A stretch of 62,799 nt of DNA, counting the filler, from Hausera hauseri (lineage: Eukaryota), in NCBI GenBank assembly GCA_046269625.1. It is 11 parts of 11 records of this genome, joined end to end, with 100 filler letters (N's around TTAATTAATTAA, not from the genome) between each part and the next. Parts side by side here need not be neighbours in the genome. Positions count along the whole stretch, not along the records: positions 1 to 7,981 come from JBJURY010839858.1; positions 8,082 to 12,604 come from JBJURY010542008.1; 9 more parts are not named here. The stretch is one strand, 5' to 3'. This document shows, piece by piece, positions 1 through 11,518 of the stretch. The number at the start of each line of letters is the position of its first letter. The stretch's first letter is position 1. The notes under the pieces were generated by a model. That model saw only the letters and a program-made list of their open reading frames with translations. It was not told the DNA's origin and ran no database searches. The translations under genes and the position numbers were made by a program.

Positions 1-1230
1 GCGTTTGACACCATTCACAACATCCATCACCCTGGATCAAAAGCCACAGCTCGCTTATTGAGCAGTAGAGTTTGTTGCCCTTGCATGCTCAGCGACATAA
101 AGCGGTGGACAAAAGAATGTTCACTTTGCCAACAGTACAAAGTCAACAAGACTCTACAGCCCCCAATCCTACACTATCCTACTGATTCATGGTTCGAAAC
201 CATCCATATGGACATAGTAGGACCATTTACCGAATGTAACGGATATCAGTACATCCTAACCATTCTCGACAGGAAAACAAGGTGGCCCGAAGCCATTTTA
301 ATCCGTCAAATAACAACGCAAAGCGTTGTGGCTGTATTGCTGAATACATGGATTTCTCGGTTTCGAGTATCTAAAAACATTATAACAGAAAAAGGTACCC
401 AATTCGAATCAGCCATGTTCATCCAGTTGACAAAATCGCTTGGTTCCAATCACATACATACATCACCCTAACATTCACAGGCGAACGGCTTGATTGGACG
501 ATTTCATCGTACACTCAAATCATCCCTACGAATTCTTTGTCATGACAACAAGAATTGGCTGGATGCCTTACCCATAGTACTATTAGGATGGAGAAACACT
601 CCAAACACTAGCACTGATGCCTCTCCGGCACAACTATTATTTGGTTCCCACCTTACATTCCCACAAAATCTGGTGCGAAATGAGGAAGTAACTTCAATTC
701 CTGCTCTTAACCAAGCCCGGAAGCATTTCCTTCCAATAGACACGAACATTGCATTCCACAATAATCACAAAAAAACAATCATGCCCAAGAATCTACGAGA
801 TGCATCCTTTGTCTGGTTCAAAAGCCAACAAAGACACGGTTTTGAACGGTACTATACGGGCCCTCACAAGCTCATAGAAATCACTGTGCACAACGCCAAA
901 ATACTGCGAGATAATGAGAAATATATAGTTTACTTGTCGAATGTAAAACCCGCATTCGGCTATCACGATTCCAATATCAAAGATCCTATCAAACAAAACG
1001 TACCCAGCATGTCAGAAGTAGACAAGCTTCTTCAAAACTACGACAGAATTGATTCATTCAATATGGACACTTTAGTAGCCTATAACCCAACCCCAGTCCA
1101 ACCTGAAACAAATATTGCTCCAACGCCAATACTTCCGGAAACGAAACGTACGACCATAAGTAGCCAAACCCCTGCCGCACCGGTGTCGAGTCGCACCAGG
1201 AGTGCATCAAAGGTACCCCAACTTCACTGA
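1..1230 (+). pseudogene. Ty3/Gypsy retrotransposon integrase (3' end of pol), decayed
   Basis: Frame 1 reads HNIHHPG...CSLC (HHCC zinc finger), FETIHMDIVGP, ILTILDRKTRWPEAI, TEKGTQFES (degenerate SDxGxQF) and HTSP*HSQANGLIGRFHRTLK. In-frame stop at 469-471; catalytic residues altered. Confidence 0.92.
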
Positions 1231-1294
1231 AGTCCTATCGTAACGAAACAGCGAATGCCTGATTGCGCGCAACATGTACGTCGCATCAAAGCAG

Positions 1295-1583
1295 GTGGGG
1301 ATCAAACCCACAGTGTCGAATTGACACTAGTTCATACCGCTTTTTATACGCGACGGGCACGCCACACACAACCAGGCGTGCACAGTTTTGAAGTTGTAAA
1401 CGTAGTAAAACTATCGACACACAAAACCTATCGACACGGCCTACCTCGATACCATTCACTTAAATGCCTGGTTGCACACAGCATAAACGCTGCAACAAAA
1501 CAAGTGGGGATCAAACCCACAGTGCCATAACCGGCACTAACTCATGCCGTCTTTCATAGGCGGCGAGTACGCTACATACAACC
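1295..1583. repeat. Diverged ~90-bp direct repeat, two copies 209 bp apart, downstream of the integrase
   Basis: GTGGGGATCAAACCCACAGTG at 1295 and 1504, each followed by alignable sequence ending ...ACAACCA. Confidence 0.75.
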
Positions 1584-2480
1584 ATGCTACGTGCACAACT
1601 TGAATCACGTGCCAAATCAACAAACACTCTAGCACTACCAAAAAACGTGTTTCTCATGCATAGTCGAGAGCATAAAATGCCGTCTACCATGGCGCATCAA
1701 ACAAACTCGCCGTATAATCTATCAAACATCGGTTCGAATATGACACGGTTAGCAAGTCATTCCACAACCGTTGTCCTATTACGGAACTTGCATTTTCTAC
1801 AACACTGTTGTCATTTCGTTGTCGGCCTTTGACATGAAAAATCTACCGAGCAGACGAAACATTCCATCCCGATCTGAACACATGCGGAATTTCGCTTCCC
1901 ATATCGCCAAAACCAACCAGTCCTTCCAAACGTTTTAACAACGTGAAATTACTGTAATATTCCACGATAAAACCTCTGTATTTTGAAATTTCTATTTTAA
2001 AATTATTTTTCCAAACTATAATGTGTAAAAGGAGGCAGTAAAAATATAAAATTTCATAGGAGGCATTTTTACATAAGTGCAACAATGTACAAGTACCGGA
2101 GATAATCCCTGCCTCATTAAAAATAAACGAACTTCCCAAAAGCTTTTTATACAATTTTTGAAATAAAACTGCCACTCACCTCATGAAATCTATTCTCTAC
2201 TTTATAAATGTTGTAAAACTTAATTGTCAATGATTAACTTTTTTCTCAACTTGTTTTTTCCTGCGCAAGCGTATACTTTCCGTTTATTTGGTCCAATTCC
2301 AAACTGGACAATATACATTATAATTGGAGATGTACCTCCAATAGCGTGAACAAGGACATTTCTTAGAGCCCAATAATGGACGGCACCTTTCCATTTTACA
2401 GAATACTACATTTTGTCTTCAAAATAGACCGAAATATTGAATAAGGGATATTATAAACGATTTCAGTAAAATATAGGATT

Positions 2481-3347
2481 TTAAGCAAGTGTCAAATAAT
2501 AACCAATAAAATGAAAATTACGTTTGAACAAAATATTTGATAATTTCAAATCCCGGTGACAAATACCTTTCTTATTCATGTATACTTCTGCTTTGAGAAT
2601 CTGGGTCAAAATGTCTATACGATCAAGAAACGATAGCTGGTGAAATTTCAACAATTCCTCTAAATTTCCCTTTATTCTACACAAAAACAAATAAACGATC
2701 GATAAACGCACAATTTCCACCGTTCCAAAACGATAGGTGTGAAACCAGAATGTTCAACATTGGGACAGTGGCTCATAAAAGTCGGATCACTACAGATTTC
2801 CGCTTTGCAACTGCCGATATACTGGACAATATTCGGATGGCTGCGTAATGTCAGAAAAAATTTCCTTCATCCTATGAGTTATCGTAATTCAAATAATCGG
2901 GTACAAATTTGTAACGTTTCATAACCAATAGTGATTCTAATAAATCTAAATAAAATTCATGAATTCAATGAAATTTACCATAATTCGCATCACCTATATT
3001 CACAACAACTGCATTACAGCCTCTACTCAAATGTTTCCCAAGAATCAATGACTTCCTTGTGATTTTGATTTTAGAACTGATAAATCGTCGTTGAACACCT
3101 TTAATAAATTTCGTGTAATTTATTTTATTCGGTTGTCTACAATTATAAATAAAAAATTCAACATGTACAAAAATGGAAAACTCAATCGAAACGTGAGTCT
3201 GTTATCATATAGTAAACCTGCATAACGTCTTATTGTTGATATCGAACTGTTGATGAGACGTAATCGTTTTGGAAGATTCTGCTTTCTTGTATAGCGAAAT
3301 ACATTCAACGTCAATTTCTGAATTTCTGGAATTAACCTATGAACCAT
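2481..3347 (-). pseudogene. Protein kinase, PINK1-like (tentative), split by short introns and probably decayed
   Basis: Minus-strand pieces in kinase order: Arg-rich N-terminus plus hydrophobic segment (3120-3347), LGKHLSRGCNAVV (Gly loop, ~3004-3042), LVMK, HPNIVQ with a ~25-aa insert, IVLE..GNL across a 35-nt GT-AG intron (2677-2711), then GICHRDLKLSNILF. The frame breaks near 2870 and no DFG motif was found. Kinase call is firm; PINK1 subfamily is inference. Confidence 0.6.
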
Positions 3348-4956
3348 AATAATTATGATAATTTAGTTTCATTCCTAAAATACTGAACGCAGACATTAAT
3401 GTTGAGTTAGGAATTATCGTTAAACTGTACCTGTTATGTAATCACATTACAACTCAAACCAAAATATTCAAAAAACCAATGTCTACAAAAATTCAGCAAG
3501 CGGCTCGTTGAAAAGAAATTGGTTCCTAATTGGTTTTTAACATGTGTATGGTGTAATCAGCAAAAACAAAACAGTACCTCATACAGATTAAGTTTTGGAT
3601 ATTCGACACAGAACTGACACCTGAATCAAACAAAATCTGGTATCAAACTTCGAAATTTAATCGATGAAGATAAAAGTTAAAAACCAACTCTTAATTTGAA
3701 TGTTCAGGACAGATAACCACAGATATTGCATTCGTAAATTGTGACTCAATTATTTATCAAATGTTTTGTGAAAACCTCGGCTTTTTGTATTTTTGGATTT
3801 GTGGCTAATCAACGCAAAATAAAAAAATATGAATGTACGCCAATCTGAAATATAAATCTATATACCAATATGCACATTAAACATTTGATCAATTCACTCT
3901 ATCGTATTAATTTAATTTACAACATTGACATGCGTTGTTATTTACATATTTTTCATTTACTTTCTTACCCAAAATACTATTTTTTAAGTATTTGAAAATG
4001 ATACGGTAATAACAATTGAACCGAGATTTTTTCTGAAAGAATTTTTTCAACTTTGGTCAGTATACTTTCTGAAAGACAAATAAACAAATAAATAAGTCAG
4101 TTGTATATTGTCAAATCGAACGTCCGAGTTTCGACAAAAAACGAATCATGTCGAATATAAAATATGAAATCTGGAATCGTCAATAGTATATCTGCAACAG
4201 GAACATGAGAAAATGTTGAAATTATTGCACAATTAAGTTCAAGATTTACAGATCAAAAATTCCGATGTGAATTTTCAGAATGCTTCAGAATGTCATGGAT
4301 GAGTTGAACGTGTCCGATTACGAAATGTTTAGAAATCTTGGACCAACAAAACTGTATAGATTTATCTACAATATCTAAAGAATATAAAAACAAATAGTGC
4401 AAATAATTACCACAAAAAATTCAGAGTCGTTACTTAGTGAACAAAAAATCAAATAGTGCATAAAATTACTGAATATTTAAACAAATTTTGAGGTTTTATA
4501 AATATGTAATTTTCACAAGTCTTATTCCGATCATAAGTAAAACAGGTAACGTCAAAAAAATTATAAATTTACTATTAATTAATAATCAGCAAATAAATTG
4601 GTCTCAAGCAAGTTTTATTCGTACTTGAAAATTTATCCAGTCGTATGGATGAACTCACAGTAAGTAGAACAAAAACATCAGTTTTAATAGGGGGTATTTT
4701 TTAAAAATGACCTGTAAGTCGAATCTCAAAATTTCTCCACTGCAATGATATTTCCAACGAAACCATAGATTTTTTTCCGCCATCAAATTGACGGAACTGC
4801 ATTTACTCAGCTAAAAAGAAGTCGATCTCGTTGAAATGGGCATTGGCACCATTGGTGCTCGGAAGAAATTGTTGTATTGGCAAATGGTTACAATTTGCAT
4901 TCAGTCCCAAAATCAGTTACGTAAACTTTAAATTAAAATCAGTATGTTAATTTTTT

Positions 4957-4990
4957 CTGGCAGGGGAGTATTGTAAGGTTCTACCTTACA
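4957..4990 (+). other. Candidate polypurine tract and start of an LTR
   Basis: CTGGCAGGGGAGTAT followed by TGTAAGG, resembling Gypsy PPT/TG junctions. TGTAAGG-ttcta-CCTTACA is a short inverted repeat. The other LTR end was not found. Confidence 0.35.
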
Positions 4991-5896
4991 AAAAAATATT
5001 AAATTACGAAAACACTCAAAATTAAAACCTCAAAAATTAATATCACGGAATCGATCAAATAAAATTAAAAACCACGAATTCAAAATATTTTTCCCTTGAA
5101 GTTTTAAACACCAAAAAATAGTAACAAAACCATGGATTTGCCCAACACCAAACCAAAAAAATATGAAAAAATTAAAAAAGGCAAATAGGGAATTGCAAGT
5201 GCTGGGGCTATCAGCACCTGGATTCAACAAAAATAGTACAAAAACAAAGCTGTGGATTTGAACTCATTTGTTTAAATCCACAGTTTAAAGCCTGCAGAAA
5301 ATTATTCAAAAAGTAAAAGCAACACGACTCCAAAACTGCTAGAAACCCAAAAAAGGAATCCATCAACCAGATCAACGAAACCCGGCGAGCCAATCGTCCG
5401 GAATGATACAAAGGCTATCCCAGCCGATGCAACAACCCAACCAAACGCCACCCTTGGTGAAACGAAGACATTACCGACTCCGGAGTATTGCATTCCCAAG
5501 ATACCCCGATCAATACACGCCGAAGCGGGCAATAACACCGACCGCCGCGTCGCCTTACTGGAACAAAGTCGATCGGAAGAGCGGCAACGCGCAGCCCGAC
5601 AGAATACCGTCCCACGCGGCAGACGACGTCGCGACACCAACAGGCAAGCCCCGTGCCGATGCTATTCGAATTTTCTGAAAGTAAGGGAGCTGCTACAATG
5701 GAGCCGTTTCGTACGGCACTTAACCAGGCTAGGGCAATACGACCCCTGCGCTTTACCGACGACCACGCTTCATCGGTTCTACGAGATCGGAGAAAATTGA
5801 CGCCTTTTCGACTCGTCGGTTTTCCTGCCGGTCTTCCTAAGACTGATGGCGGCCTCCGACCGCCTCTACGAATCCGTGGCTCCATCTAAGAGCTAG

Positions 5897-7981
5897 TTGA
5901 TTCCGGACCAGAGGAACTCTGGCTCACGGCGGGTCAGGGCGTACAGCTCCGGCACGGACGACCAACCAATTCCCCCTCGTCGATTTTTCAGGACCGCACC
6001 GTCTCTATTCTCCACGGAAGAGTGTCACTCGTCGGCAGACGACGATTGTAATGTTAATAAACATTATGATTCTTATGCTGTTGTTTTCTACCAATTTTTT
6101 ACATTCGTTTTTTCTTACTGTTTTTTGGTTACGATGTTGCTAAATAGGGTCAGGGACTGTAATAAAGCAGTAAGTACTAAAATGATGGCAGAGGTTACCG
6201 CATTCACGCCCTTCAAAACAAACTCAGCCGTTGAAATCAATCCGGCTCAAACACTGCACACAGCAGTTCATAACAGTCGGGCTAAAATTCAGCGTAATGC
6301 TATTGAAACCAATCTGGCTACACTCACTCACTTCACCAAACGTGATCAGACAAAACCCGATGACAATATTTTCAGCGCGGCTATCATTCAGGCAATCACG
6401 AGTGGATTTGAACAAAAGTCGAAGCCTGAACGTGCAAACCAGGTTTTACGCACCAACACAGTCAAATCGGCACACGATTCCAATGACACAACAAAACCGC
6501 AAGTGATGCCATTTTTCATACGCGGATTATGCACCACGAAAGCGTATCGTTTCTTGACACACATGTCTGTTAAGTCAATGCTACAACAGCTCGCCATTTC
6601 ATATCCGGACCACATTTTTTCACACAATACGAAAATTTTGCGTCCATGGGATAGTCCAATTTCGGATCATTTCCCTACAAACAACGCGACACTGCTCGCT
6701 ACTCCCAGACTAAAAGGAGGCGTTGACGACCACACGCCAGACAAAAAAGATAAAACTGCATCATCAGCACCGGCCAAACCTCCCAAACTAGCATGTCCAA
6801 CCTTCTTCATAGGTTCGGACGGAACTCCATTGACGTGGTTTCATGTGTTTGAAACATGGGCTACTCAATGCAGCATCACAGGCCAACTAAACAAGGCTTT
6901 AACACTCATTCAGTACGTGCAGCCAACAACGCTCGCAGCCATAACGGATCTGGACACGCTATTGTCAGAAGAAAACCGTTTGACAAAATCAAAGCAGCCA
7001 TATGCAAAGCATATCTGCCGTCCCAACAGGACCAGTTCAACTTGGTCTTTACCAAGCGACAGACAGGGAATATGAAACCTTCTGCCTTGCTTCAAAAGTA
7101 ACGCTCAGATTTGAGCAATGCTGAGTTAAACCTCCACACCAACCAGCACATACTACGGCGATACTTCCTGAGTAGCCTGCCCAACCAAATCCAAGCGGCA
7201 CTTGTGCTATTACCGTCCGATACCACTTTGGACGATATGGCACCAAAAGCCGACAAAATACATGAGTGAACCAAAGGCACCGTAGAATCCGCTCCAACGA
7301 AAAACATCTACTCCACCACGACGACCCAGAAAAATCAGCTGGACACCATTATCGTTGTATTTCAGGCACTTGTAACGCACAAGAATCTGCCAGTTAGAAA
7401 CAAACCGTCATCTCGGCGCCAATCCCCCAAGAGAAAGAAAGGCAAATTTTCCAAAATTTGCCATTTCCACACACGATTTGGCGAATTCGCCTACAAATGT
7501 TACCATGGTTGTCAATTCGACAAGCCATCTGAAAACATGAAAATGCAAGACACTTGAATTTATCACAACCATTTCGGTCCAGATGCAAAAATCTGTTGAC
7601 CCGGCTACAAATTTCACAAGCCATCAAAAAATAAATGGGCCCAGACGACCAACGGCACGTCGACTGGAAACCCAATCACCACAACTGCCATATACAAATA
7701 CCGAACGCATTGTCGATGCTATTTTCACCCTCGAGGCGAAGCCACTACACTCTGACATCTGGAAACAACTCGATTTTCTAATCGACACTGGTGCAGCTTT
7801 ATCGTTGATACCTAGCGCATACGCTAGACCTACGCTGGTCTCGCATGCATCGCTCAAAGATGCCAATAGCACGCGCATAGCAACCACATGTACACTGTAC
7901 CTAAAATTTCACCTACAAGGCCGACCATACGCTTGGTCATTCATATTGGCCGATGTCATGCAACCAATCCTTGGTTCTGAC
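5897..7981 (+). mobile_element. Ty3/Gypsy gag (DUF7041-like) plus aspartic protease, frameshifted and truncated at the contig end
   Basis: PKLACPTFF...TWFHVFE...SITGQLNK; KPFDKIKAAI...TGNMKPSALL; FLSSLPNQIQAAL...MAPKADKI; ICHFHTRFGEFAYKC (zinc knuckle); protease FLIDTGAALSLIP...ILADVMQPILGSD. Confidence 0.9.
6506..6721 (+). CDS. Ubiquitin-like domain (72 aa) ending RLKGG, in frame at the N-terminus of Gag
   Basis: MPFFIRGL...SVKSMLQQLA...DHIFSHNTKIL..DSPISDHF..NNATLLATPRLKGG aligns by eye with ubiquitin MQIFVKTL...TIENVKAKIQ...QRLIFAGKQL..DGRTLSDY..ESTLHLVLRLRGG. Confidence 0.7.
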
Positions 7982-8081
7982 NNNNNNNNNNNNNNNNNNN
8001 NNNNNNNNNNNNNNNNNNNNNNNNNTTAATTAATTAANNNNNNNNNNNNNNNNNNNNNNNNNNNNNNNNNNNNNNNNNNNN
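7982..8081. other. Artificial contig spacer; identical spacers at 12605-12704, 16671-16770, 29428-29527, 34822-34921, 41405-41504, 45945-46044, 50307-50406, 54391-54490, 58505-58604
   Basis: 44 N + TTAATTAATTAA (stops in all six frames) + 44 N, repeated ten times. Confidence 0.99.
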
Positions 8082-11000
8082 GGAGTTGTATTAATCGCAA
8101 ACTGCGTTCCTTCTAGGAATTCATCCCAATCCTTTTGGTCTTTTGCCACTACTGTTGACAGTATGCAAAGGACTGTCGTGTTCATTCGTTCGACCATCCC
8201 ATTACATTGTGGGTGGTATGCGGTAGTAGTTTAACGTTCAATTTCGAATATCTTGGTAATTTTTTTGAATAATTCGCTTGTGAAGTTCCTTCCTCTATCT
8301 GTTAAGATTTGCTCTGGTGGTCCGTATCTGCAGATAATCTTCCCTACCACTGCGTCGGCTAATGTTTCCGCTTTTTGATCCAACAGTGCCACCAGTTCGA
8401 CAAAATGCGCCAATCGATCCACGCATGTTGGAATGTATCTGTTGTTTTTATGCGTTTTGGGTAAAGGTCCTACTATATTCATAGACATAGCCTGCATTGG
8501 CCTATCCGGTACGTTTATGTGTTTTAATTCTGCTACGTAGCCTTGCGTTTTCTTTTGTTTTGCCGTGCAGACTTCGCATGCTCCTACCCAATTCTTTACA
8601 TCAATATAGATACTCAGCCAATAGTATTTATTTAATATTCTTTCCTGTTTTCTTCCAAGGCATATGTCCGGCTAAGTATGAATCGTGTTCTGCCATGAGT
8701 ACTTTGATACGCAGTCATTTTGGAATAACTATCAGTCTTTTTCCTTTTCGCTCGTAATATAAGATATTATCTTGATTTGATGCATAATATTTATGTTCGT
8801 GTTTCTGTAGATGCTTTTTCAGTTGCCGTCTTTTCGGTATTTTGTCGTTTTGTACGAACTTGATAATCTGCTGAATAACCATGTCTTTAGCTTGCTCCGC
8901 TGTAATTCTAATTGCCTTATCTAATATTAAAGTTCTTTGCCGTTCGATCAACTGTTCGAGTTGTGGTTTCTTTAGTGTGGCGATGGAACTCGTTTTTGTC
9001 TTTAATCTTGATAATGCGTCGGCATCCACGTGTTTGTTACGGGGTTTGTATTGAAATTCAATGTTATATCGTGAAATTTCCTCCATCCAACGGTTTAGTC
9101 TACAGGTTGGGTTGTTAGCTCGTCATTTTAATGTCGTAACTGCTTTGTGATCAGTCACTATGATAATCTTTTGTCCGTAGACGTAGACATTAAAGTGTCA
9201 AAATGCTTCTTTAACTGCCAATGTTTTCAATTCGGTGACCGAATAAGTTTTTTCCGTTTTCTTCAATGAACGTCCACCATAAGCTTTTGGATGTTCTAAT
9301 TCTTCGTCTTCGCGTTTTTGAGCTAATTCTTATCCTATGCCTTCTTTGCTTGCATCTGTTTTAATGATGAATGGTAGGTTAAAATCCGGGTATCTTAAAA
9401 CTGGTTCTCTTGTCAGAATTTTCTTCATCTCATCGAATGCTTTTTGCTCCATTTCTGTCCATTTCCACTTAGTTCCTTTTTTGAGTAGACGATATAGTGG
9501 AGCGTTAATTTTGGAGTTGTCTGGTACATAAGTGGCATAATACCCGCATAGGCCTAACCAATGTCTTAATTTTTTTTGATTCTGTGGTTCCATACAATCA
9601 GATATTTTATTTAATAGCGATTTATCCGGCTTCCATCCTCCTTCTCCTACTATGTGTCCGAGGTTCAATACTGCGTTTTGTGCCAATTTGCATTTCTTTG
9701 GATTTAGTTTTAATCCTGCTTGTTCCAATTGCATGAGTGTATCGTCAATATCCTCTGTTTTTGATGCTATCATCACGTTGTCTAAATATGCGAAAGCATG
9801 ATCAAGTCCCATGAGCATTTTATTCATCATTCTAGTAAAAATGGCTGGTCCTGTCGTGATGCCGAAAGGCATAACATTAAATTCTTATACGCCATCGTGT
9901 GTTTTGAATGCTGCTTATAACGATCTTCTTCTTCAATTTCCACTTGCCAGTATCCTGATTGTAAATCGAGAGTGGTAAACCATTTCGCTCTTGAAAGTTT
10001 ATCTAATGCCTCTTTTACTGACGGTAGTGGAAACGAGTCTTTCATTATCAGCGTATTCAATGCCCTGTAATCTATACAAAATCGGTTTTTTGTGGTTCCT
10101 TTCTTTTTAACCATTAGAATGGGTGAGTACTATTACCGATAAATTGGTCGAATTATGTAAGCTTTTAACATTCGCTTTACTTCTTTAGTTATCTCCGGTC
10201 TTAATGACTGAGGAGGTGGATACCACTTGGGCATTTTATGTTCCTCTAAGTCAATTTCGTCATTTGAGCCAGGTTTCTTCCTCAATGGAATTGTTAATCT
10301 CAGAGCCTTTGCTATGCCTATATCTTCTTTATTTTGCGCTATTATAGACCGGAATTTACACAGTAATTCATAGAATTTGCAATACGCCTCAAGGAAGAAT
10401 TTAGTTTCAACATGACATGGAAATTCAGCACACTTATATGGTTTCTCTTCTATCGTTATCGCCGATACTCTGCAAGTGTGACCTAAAGTAGTATTAGCGT
10501 GCAATCTCACTGAATTTGGTGCATTGTTTACTAATCTGATAGGTATTTGTCCCATTACTACTTTACATAGAATATTACTAAGCATGAGTTTTGGATCGAT
10601 ATTCTCTTGAGGTTCGAAATAATCTGGCAAATCTTCATCCTGTCGAATCTGTACGAAAATTATCATTTCCGTTCTAGGCAAAATGCCTTCATCTACTGGA
10701 ATCCATACCTCGTCCGATTTCCTTTCCCTTATTACTTTTGTCCCTTATTTTGGTTCGAGTTCAATTAACTTTCCGTTTTGCACATCGATTGCCATACCCG
10801 GTATCTGTTTCAATATATCGCAACCTAATACTACATCGTCTGTTAACGGGTCCATTATCGTAAATTCGTGTTGAAGTGCTTGACCCATCATATAAACAGT
10901 AGAAGTCTATTTATATTTTGGCTTCGATACTTGTCCAAATGCTCCTACGCTACCTGGATCCGATAATGCGGGTGGACATAGCTGGTCTCGTAATGTGGTT

Positions 11001-11110
11001 GGTATTGCTTCATATTCTATAAATGATTTTTCTGATCCTGTGTCAACTAACGCATACATTTCCCAATCTTCTATGTGTATTTTAGTGAAGGGCCTCTCTT
11101 CTGCTACCTT
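8082..11110 (-). mobile_element. Ty3/Gypsy pol (PR-RT-RNaseH-INT), decayed, copy A
   Basis: YALVDTGS; RFCIDYRALN, LDLQSGYWQV, MPFGI, FAYLDNV (YLDD altered); FIIKTDASKEGIG; ADALSR; MSMNIVGPLP, ILTDRGRNFTS, TAYHPQCNGMVER. Many stops and frameshifts. Confidence 0.95.
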
Positions 11111-11518
11111 TCAGTAGCAATTTGACACTATCTTTGACTGTTTTATAGTAGAGACTCTATGTCCATTTATCGTTATCTCTGGCGACGAAATAATATCTTG
11201 CCTTAATTGTCCTAATTCTCCATTCGGATACAAGTCGTTGTTTGTTATTTCAGTAACATGGCTGTCAATGAGCGGTTCCTGTAATAGTGAGCCTGAGATT
11301 GAACATAGTTTTGGGTTCTCCAAAATTGTTGATTTTGATTCTATGTGACGTGGTATTCTTTTTGAATATAACTTCCCGTGGTCGTTTTCTGTTGGTCCTT
11401 GACTTATAGCGCTCATTTTTCGTAGTACTACAGAATGTTTTGGTTTCTCGCAAGGATCCTCATAATTAATAGGTTTTTGATAGATTTCGGATCTATATGA
11501 TACTATCGATTTGCGGTC

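Noticed and set aside
5302-5889. Overlapping Arg/Pro-rich ORFs on both strands
   Set aside because: GC-rich leader or LTR-like region upstream of gag; no recognisable domain.
7982-8081. Recurring TTAATTAATTAA motif inside N runs
   Set aside because: Synthetic six-frame-stop linker. Adjacency across linkers has no biological meaning, and ORFs running into them are artefacts.
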